Shown piece by piece: positions 34,813 through 47,200 of a stretch of 64,000 bases of DNA. Source of the DNA: Scenedesmus sp. PABB004. Lineage: Eukaryota. The notes beneath the pieces were generated by a model. It was not told where the DNA came from. It saw only the letters and a list, made by a program, of their open reading frames with translations, and made no database searches. How positions within the stretch are numbered: the first letter of the stretch is position 1; each line of letters opens with the position of its first letter. Both the position numbers and the translations under genes were made by a program. Where the stretch lies: positions 682,001-746,000 of the forward strand of contig JABVCE010000007.1 of NCBI GenBank assembly GCA_014905635.1, in the 5' to 3' direction.

Positions 34813-37556
34813 TCACGCCATCTGCGCGCCCTTGGACGCGCCGGCGGCGGCGGCGTCGGCCCCGCCGTGCCCGCCCTTGAAGGCACCCTCCTCCTCCAGC
34901 GTGAGCCGCGCGTCGCTCCGGGAGCCGAGCGCGTTGCGCGTCGCCGGCGACCAGTGCGGGTCGGCCGTCACCGCGCGCATGCCGGGGACGCGCATGAGCA
35001 CGCCCGACACGCCGGGCCCGGCCACGCCCGCCGCGCGCGCGGCGGCCGCGCCCGCGCTCCACGCGGCCGTGACCGCGGCGGACGACGCGAGCGCGGCGAC
35101 GAACGCGCGCCAGTCGTAGTTGTTGCCGTACCACGCCCAGTTGGCGCCGGTCGCAAAGCTGCCGGCCACGTCGCCGGGCGCCCAGTTGACGGCGATGCCG
35201 CTCGCGGTCACGCCGAGCACGCCGCCGAGCGTGCCGAGCACAAAGCCCGTCTCGCTCACGACGCGGTTCAGCGCCGGCACGAGGCCCGCGATGAGCGGCA
35301 GGATCGCGCAGCAGGTCAGCAGGTTGCCCACCTGGCGGCGGGCGGGGCACAGGGGCGCGCGTGGTGAGCACGCGCGGCCGCGGCGCGCGAGCGCGCGAGC
35401 GGGCCCCGCCCCGCGCCGCGCCGCGCCGCCCCGCGCCCCTCTGGCCCGCAGGGCTCAGGGCGCAAGCGAGCGCCCGCGGCCCGCCGCCGCCGCAGCAGGG
35501 TTTGGGCCCTCAGGGTGGGCAGCAGCGGCCCGGGCCGCCGCGCGCGGTGAGTCAGCACCGCTGACTCACCAGGAAGAGGTTCAGCACCGCAAAGCCGCGC
35601 GTGCCGATGATGACGAGCGGCACGTTCAGCAGCACCACCGCCGCCCTGGCGTGCGGCGCGGCGCGGCGTGGCGCGGACCGGCGCGTGGGCCCGGGCGGGC
35701 GGGCGGCCGCGCCGCGCGGGCGCGCAGCCCGTCCCCCCGCGCCGCCGCAGCCGCGCGCAGGGCCCCGCTCTGTTCAAACCCTAAGCCCCGCTGCGCACCG
35801 CGTCCACAGCAGCGGCCGGTTCTTGAGGTAGTGGCTGCTGATGCTCGCGGCGAGCCCGTTCTGCAGGCTGTCCACGGCGCCCTCGTTCATCACAATCGCC
35901 AGCAGCACCACCACCACGCCGACCCAGTTGTCGACCGTCGCGGCCGCGCCGGGCGTGCGCGAGAGGATCTGGCGCGCGGCGGCGGCGGCGCGGCGGCGGC
36001 GGCGGCGCGGCGGCGCGCGTGGGCGGGCAGGCGCCGGGGGCCTGCGCATGCGCCTGCGCCGGGCGCCCCCTGCGCCGAGGGCTCGCCTGCATGAGGATGG
36101 TGTTTGGGTTGGTGTCGGGCCCCGCAAAGCCGCCGACGAGCGCGAGCCAGCCGCCAAAGCCCGAGAGGAACACGACGACCACGATGAGCCCGCACCCCAT
36201 CGCGGCGCCGCGGTGCAGCGCGGCCGGCGTCGCGCTCGCCCACACGCGCTGCCACACGGCCTCGCTGAACATGGTCGACGACACGAGGCTCGCGCCGAGC
36301 GTGAAGATCGCAACGTAGCCCGCGAACGTCGGGCCGAGCGGGTCCGGCAGCGGCGACGGAATCGGCGTGCTGCAGGCGGCGCGCGGGCGGTGCGGGTCGG
36401 GGGTCGGGGGGCGCCGGCGCCGGCGCCGGCGCCCCTGCCGTGCTGCACACGCCGGGCGCGCTGCGCGCGCCGCGCGTGCCGCGCCGCACCGGTACGTGAC
36501 GGCCACGTAGATCGTGAGCACCACCGTGAGCAGCAGCGCGCACACGCCCTGCGCCTGCGCGGCGGGCGGGCGGGCGGACAGTCAGCGGAGGCGCCGCCGC
36601 CGCCGCGTTGTGTGCTCCCCGCCGGCGCCAGCTCCCCGCCGCCGCCGCCGCCGCGCCGCGCCTGGTCGGTCGCGATGGAGACGGCGAGGCCGCCGTAGGC
36701 GGTGTAGCAGAGCGTGAGCGCGCCGATGAGCACGATGATGCCCCACGACACGCTGCCGACGTACTCGCCAAAGATGGCGCCGATGGTCGTGTACTCGGCC
36801 AGCAGCGCGATGGCCATGTTGAACACGCACAGCAGGAACACGACCGTCTTTGCGACCGGGCCGTAGCGCCACGACATGAAGTCGGAGAGCGAGAGCACGT
36901 GCGGCATGTCCTTGATCAGCGCGCCAAAGCCTGGGGCGCGGGGGGCGCGGCGCGGCGGCGCGCGGCGGCGGTGGGCGGTGTGGGCGCGCGGCGCGGCGGT
37001 GAGCGCGGGCGCGGCGCGGCGCGCAGCGGGGCGCCGGCGGGCGTGTGGCGGCGCACCCGCGATGATGATGATGGGGATGCCCGACGCGAGGGCGTAGACG
37101 ACGAGGCCGACGATGCCCGAGAACGACGCATACTGCGGGCGGCGGCGGAGCGGGCATCGGCGGCGAGCTGGCGTCGGCGGGCCGGCCGCGCGCGAGCGCA
37201 AGGCGGGGCGGTGCGTCCTCTGGGAACTTCAGCTCCGTGTGGCGACAGGAGCGGACCCCTCCGCGCTGGCGTGCGCCGGCGGCGGCCGCGGCGCAGCAGC
37301 GGCGGCGGCGGCCGCCGCCGCCGCGCGCCTGCGAGGGCGCTACGATGACCCAGGCGCCCACGGCGCCGGCGAAGAACGACCACCCGATCCTCCACACGCT
37401 CTGGGTTCCGCGCGCGGTCAGGAAAAGCTCCGTGTCGGTCGCGGCAGCCGCGTGCCGGCGAGCCCAGAGCACGCCGAACGCGAACGCGTAGGCCGCGAAA
37501 GCCACCGCAACGACGGACCCGAGGCCCCAGCAGAGCGCGACATAGTTCACCGCCAT
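34813..37556 (-). CDS. Sodium:solute symporter (SSS/SLC5; DUR3-like) membrane transporter
   Basis: FLTARGTQ..WRIGWSFFAGAVGAW; LSLSDFMSWRYG; YTAYGGLAVSIATDQ; FSEAVWQRVWAS; VDSLQNG; about 13 hydrophobic segments. Confidence 0.85.
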
Positions 37557-38056
37557 GCTGCGGGCCGCCGGTCGCCGCCGCGGCGCCGCCGCCGCCGGTC
37601 GCTGCTGCCGCTGCCGCCGCCGAGATGTGCGGCCACCGCGGGGCACACCGGCCGTGCGGGCGCGGGGGGCGTGTCTGGGAGCGCAGCTGTGGCCCTGGCG
37701 CGCGGCGGCGGGCGAGGAGGGCGGCGCGCGGGGCGGCTGGGTCTGCGCCTCGGCCAAAGCCCTGCGCCGCGGCGGCCGTCGCGCGGCACGGCCACACCGC
37801 TGCCCCGCGGCCGCGGCCCGCCGTGGGCCCACACACGTACGTGTGACCTCCTCCGCGCCGCCCGTACGCGCCGCCCCCACCACGCCGCGCGCTCTGGTCC
37901 GCCTCTGCCAGCCGCCCGCGGCCTCCGCCTCCGCCGCCCGCGACCGCCCGGCAACCCGCCGAGCATCAAACGCTGGCCGCCATGCGCACGCACAACCCAA
38001 CCGCTAATCAAAAGGCCCCTGGCCGAGCACTGGTCAAGCGCGACGCCGCCCGCCGC

Positions 38057-38999
38057 TCAGCCCCGCTCCCGCGCCGCGCCGCGCCCGGGGCGGCTGCAGT
38101 CGTCGACGACCACCCGGCACGCGTGGCGGGGCAGCACAAAGGCGTCCACCGCGACGCCGCGCGCGGGGTCTGCCGGCCCGCCGCGCAGCCCCAGCACGCC
38201 CTCGCCGGACACGGCGTCGCAGCGCACGCCGCCGGCGCCCTTGAAGATGGGCACGCCGGGCGCGGCGACGCTGTTGGCGAGCAGGCGCGGCGGCGCGCCG
38301 CCGCCGGGGCGCCCCGCGGCGCCGACGATGCGGAAGCGCGGGAAGGGCCGCGCGCCGCGCTCGCCGACGAGCACGCACGCGCAGCGCTGCGCGGCGCAGC
38401 CAAACGGCTCCAGCCGCTCGCCGCCGCCGGCGCCGCCGCGCAGCGCGAGCCGCGGCCGCACCCACGCGCTGTCCGACACGCGCAGCACCGCGACACCCTG
38501 GCCGCGGCTGCCGCCGTCGGCGCCGCCGCCGGGCGACGGGCGCGGGCGCAGCTGCTGCGGGGGTTGCGCGCCGACCGTGGTTGCCCAGCCGTTTGCGAAG
38601 AACGCGTCTTGGAAGACCTCGCCGCTCGGGGGCCAGGCCCAGGTCGCGTTGAAGTCAAAGACAGCCCAGTTGAAGGCGTCCTGCGCGGGGGCGGGGGGGG
38701 GGCACGCGGGGTCGCCCAGGACGTTCCGGTCGGTCGAGTGCGCGAGACGGGCGGTGCGGCACGGGGGGGGGGGGGGGGGGGGGGGGGGGCTCCGCCGCGC
38801 GCAGCGCGCGGCGCGCGCGCGCCCGCGCGGCGCGGCGCACGTCCGGGCAGCGGCTCTCGATCGTCAGGTACTCGGTGCGGGCGTCGCCCTCGTCGGCGGG
38901 CACGCACGACGGGTCGGGCGCGGGCGCGGCGCGCGCACCGGCGCTGAGAGCGAGCAGCAGCAGCAGCGCCGCCGCGGCGCGGCGTTTGCTGGGTGCCAT
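38057..38999 (-). CDS. Unknown secreted Cys-containing protein (2 exons)
   Basis: Signal peptide MAPSKRRAAAALLLLLALSAGARA; GT-AG intron about 38683-38840 joins ESRCPD to DAFNWAVFDFNATW...; about 7 Cys. Confidence 0.6.
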
Positions 39000-39254
39000 G
39001 TCCGCGTGCACGTCGCGCTCACGAGCGTGCCACGAGCGAGAGCGAGCGAGCGGGAGCACGCGCCAGCGGCGTCGTCGTCGCCGCCCGGCGACGCGCGAGC
39101 GCGGGGGCGCCCAGGTGGGCCAGCTGACCGCGATCCGAGTGCAAGGGAGTGCGACTGGTGGTGGCAGCGGTGGCGCAGCGTCGCCGCGGGGCGCGGCAGG
39201 TGATAGGCGAGGCTCAAGAACCCCGCCGTGCCCGACCGCCCGCAGCCCTGCCTC

Positions 39255-42000
39255 TCACGCGCTCGGCGGCGGCGTGGCCCCGCCATCGCCCTCGCCGCCG
39301 CCCGCCAGCAGCGCGCGCTGGCTGCCCGCCTCGGGCAGCGGCGGCATGCGCGGCGCGGCGCGCTGCGGGCGCGCAAACGGGCGCGCGCGCGCCCGGAACA
39401 TGCTGTGGGCCGCGGCGCCCCAGCCGCCCGTCTCCCAGGTCCTGTGCGTGAACACGCTGGCGATGGCGTCCATGTCCTAAGGGGGGCGGCGCGGCCGCGG
39501 GTCAACGCTGCGACCGCCCGCCCCGCCCGCCGCGGCGCGGTCAGGCGCGCACGCGCCGCGCCGGCAAAGCCCCCCGCGCGCCTGCAGCGTGTCGGGCAGC
39601 GCCGTGCCGAGCGTCTCGGGAAGCGTGAAGATGAGCAGCCCGGCCAGCAGCGACGCGGCGCCAAACACGACGAACGCGGCGCCCGACCCCGGCGGCGCGG
39701 CCGCGACCACAAACGGCGCGGCGATGCCGCCGAGGCGGGCCGCCTGGTTCTCCGCGCCCAGCGCGGCGGAGCGGATGATCGTCGGAAAGAGCTCACTGCG
39801 TGCGGCGGCACCGGCGGCGCCACGCGCCGGTCAGCCGCGCCGGCCAGCGCCGCGCCGGCCAGCGCCGCCGGCCAGCCGCGCCGGCCAGCCGCGCGCCCCT
39901 GAGCCGCTGGCGCCGCGCCGCGCCTCGTGTACACTCCGGCGATGCCGAACGAGCCAGCGATGCCAAACTTGGCCACCGCAGCGAGCGCGGCGCGCGCCGC
40001 GCCGCCGCGCACGGCGCCGCACGTGACGCACGCGACGCCGCCGAGCAGCATGCCCGCGGCCATCGTGTTGTGCCGCCCCGCGCGCTCGATCGCCCACGCG
40101 GCGAGCAGGTAGCTCGGCAGCTCGGCCGCGGCGGCGACGCTGAAGCTCGCGGCGAGGCTCACGCCGCCGAGCGCGCCGAGCGCGAAGGAAATCCCGTAGT
40201 AGGCGAGGCAGCAGGTGAACCAGGCAAAGGCGAGGATGAAGAAGCGCCGCGCGATGTGGCGGTCCGCCAGCCCGGCACGCAGCGTCAGCCGCGGCGGCGC
40301 GGCCGCGGCGCCGCCGCCCGGCCTGCCGCCGCCGCCGGGCGGCGGCGGCGCGCCGACGGGCGCCAGCGGCATCGGCGGCAGCCGCGTGCCGTTGCGGCGC
40401 GCGAGCGCGCCGAGCACCTGGCAGCGGCGCGCGGGGCGGAGTGAGCCGCGCGAGCAACCCGCGCCGCACCCTGCGCGCGCTGCCGCCAGCCCCGTCCTGC
40501 CCCGCGTCCCGCCGAGCCTGTGTGCACCTGCATCGCCTCGTCGCTGCGGCCCTGCACGAACAGCCAGCGCGGGCTCTCCGGCACGAGCGGCCACAGCGCG
40601 AGGCTCGCGGCGCACACCGCCGCGCCGGCGGCAAACTGCGCGCGCCAGCTCGGGAGCGTGCCGATGGCCACGAGCACAAACTCGCCGGCGATGAAGAACA
40701 CCTGCCGCACAGCGCGGCGCAGCGCACGCAGCGCGCAGCGCGCGCAGCGGGGCGCGTCGGCCGGCCGGTCGACGCAGCGCTGCGGCCGGCGGCAAGCCGA
40801 CGTCCCGGCCGCCGACTCAGCGGCAGCGCCGCGCCTGCGTGAGGATGCCCGCGACGCCGCGCCACGCGGGGCCGAGGGCCTCCGTCGCCAGCATGAACGA
40901 CCCCAGCGCCTGGCCCGCGACGCCGACGCCTGGCGGGCGGAGCCGCGCCGCGCGTCGGCGCGAAAGTGAGCAGGCCGGGCCCGGCCTGGCAGCCCGGCCA
41001 GCGCGCGCGCGGGCGCGGCAGCGCGGCGGCGGCAGCGGCCCGCCGCCCGCACCCGCGAGCGCGCGCAGCGCCATGAGCACCCAATACCGCGGCGTGCCGA
41101 GCGCGGCGGCCGTCGCCGCGGCGGCGAGCGCGGTGCCGCCAAACGCGGCGGCCCTGCGGCCCCACGCGTCGGCGGCGGCGCCCCAGGCGCCCGACCCGAT
41201 GAGGTAGCCCAGGAAAAAGGCCGAGTTGGCGAGCTGCGCCTGGCCGGCCCGGCCGCACACCAGGCCGAAGCGCGTCGCCAGGCTCGCGCCCGGCGCCGCC
41301 CAGGCCCACTGCTTCGGGCGCAGCGCGCAGAACGCCGCCGCGTCGCCCGCGCGCCGCGCCGCCGCGCAGGCGGGGTCGGCCGCCGCGTCCGCGACGCAGG
41401 CCCAGGCGGCGGGGTCCGCGCTCGGGTTGCCGCCGAGCGAGAAGACCAGGAGGAGGATGATAAGCGCGTTGGGGATCTGCAGCAAGCTGGCGGCCACGTA
41501 GACGGCGAGCTGCGGCGCGCGCGCGTGTCATGCTGCGGCCGCGGCTGCGCAAGCTGCTGCTAAGCGCGTGCTGCGCAAGCTGCTGCTAAGTGCTGCTAAC
41601 CGCGTGCTGCGCAAGCTGCTGCCAAGCGCGCGACACGCGCCCGCGCAGCGTGAGATGGCGCGCCCACCTGGCCGCGCCCCGCCTCGCCGATGTACTTGCT
41701 GAGCGCGTCGTCGAAGCTGATGCAGTCCAGGCCAAGAGGAATCTCCGGGTCTGGGGGCGCACGGACGCGCGTGTGAGCGGCGGCGCCGCGCGGTCCGCGG
41801 CGGCTGCGCGCGCAGCCTCGTCGCGGACCGCGCGCGGTCCGCGGCGGCGCTGTGCGAGCCGCCGCACCGGCTGCCGCGTCGCCGGCGCACGACAAGGGGT
41901 CGGCGAGCGACTCGGGGAGGCCTGCCACGGCTCGAACGTCCAGGCACCCGGCAGCGCCCGCAGCGCCGGTCTTCGCGCCGCCGCTGTCCCGGGCCTCCAT
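39255..42000 (-). CDS. Organic cation/carnitine transporter (SLC22/OCT, MFS)
   Basis: SFDDALSKYIGEAGRGQ; SLATRFGLVC; ADAWGRR; VPESPRWL; AELPSY; IERAGR; YTSELFPTIIRS; LPETLG..LPDT. Confidence 0.92.
41544..41631. repeat. Intronic tandem repeat (GCTGCGCAAGCTGCTGCTAAG-like) x3 in OCT intron 1
   Basis: Three imperfect copies. Confidence 0.7.
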
Positions 42001-42343
42001 TTCGGCGCGGCGCCGGCCCCAGCCGGGCAGGCGAGCGCGGCGATGGCCGACGCTGGATTCCGCGCGTGAGAGGGAGGCGCGGCGGCGGCTCGGCGGCGCG
42101 CGCGCTCGTTCGTGCGCGGCGGCGGCGTTCGCGCGGCGGGCGCTGGCCTGGGCGCCCCCCGCTGAGTCGCTGGGCGTGTGTGTTGCAGCGCGGCCGTCGT
42201 GCGGGCGCCTGGCCTGGACCTGATTCGTCGCGCGAGAGTGCGGTTCAACTCGCGCCGCCAATTGGCCGCACGTCATCCTGCGTCGCGCCGTGAGAGCGAA
42301 TCACGACGTCCCCCGCCGGCATGCGCCGTGCAGCAGCTCAAAT

Positions 42344-43813
42344 TCACAGCCGTATCGTGATGCTGAGCGGCGCCACGGCGAGCGCGCCGTGGCTGCCGCG
42401 CCCGCTGCGGCGCACGCGCTCCCCGTCCTCGTCCCCGCCGCCGCCGGCGCCGGCGCCGGCCCAGCCGGAGCCGCCGCGCAGCCAGCCGCCGCCGATGCTC
42501 GCCACGGGCAGTGCCGGCGGCGGCCGCCCCAGCGCGGGCCCTGCAGCGCCAGCGGCAGCGCGCAGCGGCGGCGTGAGCGCGCCCGCGCCTGTGGGGGCGC
42601 GGGGCGGCGTGCGTCCCCACCGCACCTGCCAGCGCCGCGCGGCGGTGGACCTCGCTGCGCAGGTCGGCCATCATGTTTTGCAGCACCCGCGCGCACAGCC
42701 CGCGCACCAGGTGCGCCACGGGGCCCGGCGGCCGCGCGCGCGGCGCGAGCGCCTGCTCCAGCGTCACCAGCGACGCCTGCTCGGGCTGCCGGCCGTGCGG
42801 CAGGCCTGCGGCGCGGCGGCGCGGCGGCGCGGCGGCGTGGCTCGGCCCGCCGCCGGCGCGGCTCGGCCCGCCGCCGGCGCGGCTCGGCCCGCCGCCGGCG
42901 CGGCTCGGCCCGCGCGGCGCCGCCGCTGGCTCACGCTGCTGCAGCGCCGAGAGCGCGCCCGCGGGGCTCAGCCAGTGGTGCCGCTGCGCCTGCGCCTGCG
43001 CCGCCGCGGCCGCGGCCGCGGGCTGGGCCTTGTAGATGCGGTCCAGCGTGTCCTGCGTCATCGGCTGCACCACCCACATGCCATCAAACTTCTTCATGAA
43101 GCCGTCGCTGCGCAGCGGCGCGCAGCGGGCGGCGGGCGGCGGCACGGGCACGGGTCGGGCGGCGCAGCGGCGCTGCTGGCGCTGCTGGCGTGGGCGCGGC
43201 GGCGGCGGCGGGGGCGCGGCGCGCGCCTGCGCGCGTTGGTGAAGCGGATCGTGCGCGCGGTGTCGTCCTCCCACACGAACAGCTCTGCGGCGCGCGGCGG
43301 CGTTGCGCCCCCCCCCCCCGCCCGGCTGCCGGCGCCCCCGGCGCCCGCGCCCGCGGCCGCGTCCGCGGTGGCAGTGGCACACACCTGTGTCAAAGGTCAC
43401 GCTGATCCAGAGGAACTTGGTCACCGCGCGGTGCCCCACGCGCAGCTTGCGCCGCCCCGTTCCGTCGTCCTCGAGCGTTGTGCGGCTGAGCGTGTCGCGA
43501 ATGCCGCGGAAGATCTCGTGCGAGTCTGCGCCGCGCGGCCGCCGTGCGCGCGCCGACTCGGGCGCTGCGTCGCGTCGCGCCGCGCCGGCGGCGCCGCCGC
43601 TGCTGCGCGCGGCGCGCGCACACACTCACGCGGGTGCGTGAGGACGGCGTAGACGGCGTCGGGCGCGGCGTCGATGCGGGCGCGCAGGATGAGGTCGTAC
43701 AGGAAGCCCGCGGCGGGCTGGGACACGATGATGCGCTGGTCGGCCTCGCTCCACGCGTCGACGCTCGGCGCCGCTTCATCGGCGGCGCCGCTGCCGCCGC
43801 GCTGCCGCGCCAT
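42344..43813 (-). CDS. START/SRPBCC (polyketide cyclase-like) domain protein; start uncertain
   Basis: LRARIDAAPDAVYAVLTHP|D..EIFRGI...FLWISVTF...IRF...DGFMKKFDGMWVVQP...SLVTLEQ..P; ends LSITIRL*. Confidence 0.75.
42839..42912. repeat. Intronic 21-bp minisatellite (GGCTCGGCCCGCCGCCGGCGC) x3.5
   Basis: Perfect tandem copies. Confidence 0.8.
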
Positions 43814-44243
43814 GGGCTCCCAGCGCGCGCCCACGGGTCCGCAGCGGTGTCCTGGTGCGCGAGCGGGCCTGCGTGGGCGCGCAGCTGGCGCAGCTGGCGC
43901 GGGCGGGCCTGTGGAGCACCCGCTCCTGCTGCTGCTGCCGCGTGGCAGGGCGTGGGACCGCGAGGGGCGCTTGTGGATGGCCGTTGGTAGGGGCGGGCGC
44001 GCTGGCGGCTGTCGACGGGCGCGCGCGATGGCGCACGAGCCCGCCCAGCGCGGCAGCGGGGCTCGAGCGACTGCCGAGCTCCCTGCCTGCGCGGTGGCGT
44101 GCCCTGCGCCCAACGGCTGTCACCACCCACCGCCGCTGGCCACGCCACGACCCGCGGTGCCCGGCAGCGCAGCAGGGCGCGGGCAGCGGCCATCACTGCT
44201 GCTCTGGGGCCGCCCTCCGCGCAGCCCCGCCCCCGGGGCCGCC

Positions 44244-47200
44244 ATGGCCCGCGGCTCTGAGGAGTACGAGGAGGAGGAGGACTCGGACTTTGCGGCCGAG
44301 CCCGAGGAGGAGGAGGACGAGGAGCCGGAGGGCGACGGCGCCGCGGCGGAGCAGCAGCAGCAGCGGGCGCGCGGCAAGAAGAAGCAGGCGGGCGACAAGG
44401 CCGCCCCCAAGAAGCGCAAGGGCGCGCAGTTCTTCGACGAGGAGGCGGATGAGGTGCGCGCGCGCCCGCCCGGGCCGGCGGGCGGCGGCGGGCGGCGGCG
44501 GCAGCGGCGCACGGCGCGCCCGCGCGTCCGGCTGGCCGCGGCGCCCTCCCGGGGCCCGGCGGCGCGCGCTGCGCCGGGGGCGGCGGCGCCCAGCTGCGCG
44601 CGCCGCGCGCCGGCCGCCGCAGGAGGACGACGACGAGGGCGGCGGGCGCGCCAAGCGGCGCAAGGCGTCGCGCTTCATCGACGACATCGCCGCGGTGGAC
44701 AGCGAGGAGGAGGAGGAGGAGGCCGACGTGAGCGGCCGCGCGCGCGCGCATGGGGGACGCCCGGGGACGCCGGGGCGCGGCGGCGGCGCGGGCGCGGCCT
44801 CAGGGCAGCCGCGGCCCTGCAGCCGCGGCGCGCTGCCGCCGCGCGCCAAGGGCACATCCGCACGCAGCGCGCCGGAAGGGCATGACGTAACGCTCAACCA
44901 CCGCGCGCGCGCGCGCGTGCGCGCCTTGCAGGACGACGTCGACGACATGCTCGCGCACAACGACGAGGACCTGGGCGGCGAGGAGCTCGGCGGCGGCGGC
45001 GGCGCGGCGGCGCACTACCGCGAGCTGGACGTGCTGCGCCAGGGCGGGCGCGCGGAGCAGACGGAGGAGGAGCTGGCCAAGTACCTGGAGGACAAGTACA
45101 AGTGAGGGGGAGGGGGTAGGGAGGGGGGGAGGGAGGGAGGGAGGGAGGGGGCGGGGAGCGGTCGGGGCGGCTGGGGAGGAGCAGCAGGGCGAGGGAGTGG
45201 GGCGGGGAGGGGCGAGCAGCAGGCGCGGGGCCGCGCGCGGCAGCGGCGGTTGCGGCGGCCGCGCATGCGCCCGCCCGCCGGCGGCGGCTCACGCACCGGC
45301 CGCCCCTTGCGCGCGCGGCGCTGCGCGCCCAGGGAGGCTGACTACGACGAGGAGGACGACTTTGGCGGCTACGGGGAGGAGGAGGACGTGGGGCAGCAGG
45401 GCCTGCAGCCGACCAAGGAGGACCCGGGCCTCTTCATCGTCGCCTGCAGGCGAGTGGTGGTGGGGAGAGGGGGCAGAGGGGGACAGAGAAGGGCAGAGAG
45501 GGGCAGAGAGGGGCAGAGAGGGGCAGCGGCGGGGGCAGCGGCGGCGCGTGCGCGCGCGCAGGCGCGCGCGCCGACCGCGCTGACCGCGCCGCGCCGCCGT
45601 GCCGTGCTGCCAGGCTGGGCTCGGAGCGCGAGGCGTGCCTGCAGCTGCTGCAAAAGTGCTACAACATGGCCGAGCGCGGCACGCCGCTCGCGATCAAGTC
45701 GGCGGCGTGCCTGGACCACCTCAAGGGCTTCCTCTATGTGGAGGCCTTCCGCGACTCGCACGTGCGCCCAGGGGGCACGGCCGGGGGGAGGCCCCAGTGG
45801 GGGGGGGGCATGTTGTGCAAACGCCGCGCCGGGCGCGCTGCGCGCGCAGCACCTCCCTCCCGCACGCGCCAGCACACGCACCAGACCACGCGCCCCCCGC
45901 CCCCCTCCCACACACACCCACCCACACACGCACACCGCCGCGCCCACACCGCGCGCAGGTCGTCGAGGCGGTGCGCGGGCTGCGCACCATTTACGGCTTC
46001 AAGGGCGCCCGCCTCGTGCCGCTGCGCGAGCGCCCCGCCGCGGTCACGGTCAACCGCGCCGCCAAGGCCGCGATCGAGCGCGACAGCTGGGTCCGCGTGC
46101 GCGGCGGGCTCTACAAGGACGACCTCGCCAAGGCGCGGGGCTTTGGCAGCAGGGTTTTGGCTGCTGGCGGCGGCAGGGTTTTGGCAGCAGGGCTCAGGGC
46201 GGGGTTTCGGGCGGCGCGGTCAACCGCGGCCGGCTGCGGCTGCGCGTCCCGCTCGCGCGCCGACCCGACCCGGCGACTGGCGCAGGTGGTGGACGTCGAC
46301 TATGCGGGCGGGCGCGCGACGGTCAAGCTGGTCCCGCGCCTCGACCTCGCGGCGATGGCCAAGGACATGTCCGGCGGTGCGCGGGGTTTTAGTTCGGGGC
46401 CTCAACCCCCACGGCCGGGCGCGCCAGCGCCGGCGGGGCCGGCGGGCACGACGCCCGCGCTCGCCGCCGACAGGGACCGCCGCGCCGCCGCCCGCCGCCG
46501 CCGCGCCGCCGCGCGCGCGCGCGCAGGCGGCAAGCGCAACCCGTTTGGGCGGCAGGCGGTGCGGCCGCCGCCAAAGCCGTTCCGCGCCAAGGAGGCGGGC
46601 GAGCTGGGGCTGCCGGTCGGCAAGGACCGCAACGACCCCGCCATCATCACGCTCAACACGCACAGGCGCGACCCGCACCGCCGCGCACCGCGGCGCACCG
46701 CCGCCGCGCACCGCCGCGTGCTGGCTGTGCCGCGCCCCACTGCCGCACACGCACCCACCCACCCACCACACACATTCACATCCACATCCCCCCACACCCC
46801 CACACCCGCCCACCCGCCCACCCCCCCCCCACCCCAGGTTCCTGGACGGCTACACGCTGCGCGGCGTGTCGCTCAAGGGCCTCATCCTGCAGGACGTCGC
46901 GCCGCCGCTGGACGAGGTCTCGCGCTTCAACGCCGCCGGCGCGGCGGGCGAGCTCGAGGACGTCGCGGTGCGGCCCCCCGGGGGGGCTTTGGTGGTGGGG
47001 TTTAGGGGGGGCTCAGGGCTCAGGGCTCGGGGCTCAGGGATCAGGGCTCAGGAGAGGGTGGAAAGCTGAGAGTCGAGCTTGGTGTCGAGGGGAGCCTGGT
47101 GGGGTGCGCGCGGGGGGCGGCGGCCCGAGCGCGCCGCCCCGCGCCGCCGCGCAGGACCCGACGTCGGGCCTGAAGCAGCTGCTCAAGGCCCTCCCCGACG

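Noticed and set aside
37837..37868. Two GTAC cores (possible SBP/CuRE sites) upstream of the SSS transporter
   Set aside because: A 4-mer occurs often by chance and nothing else supports a regulatory role.
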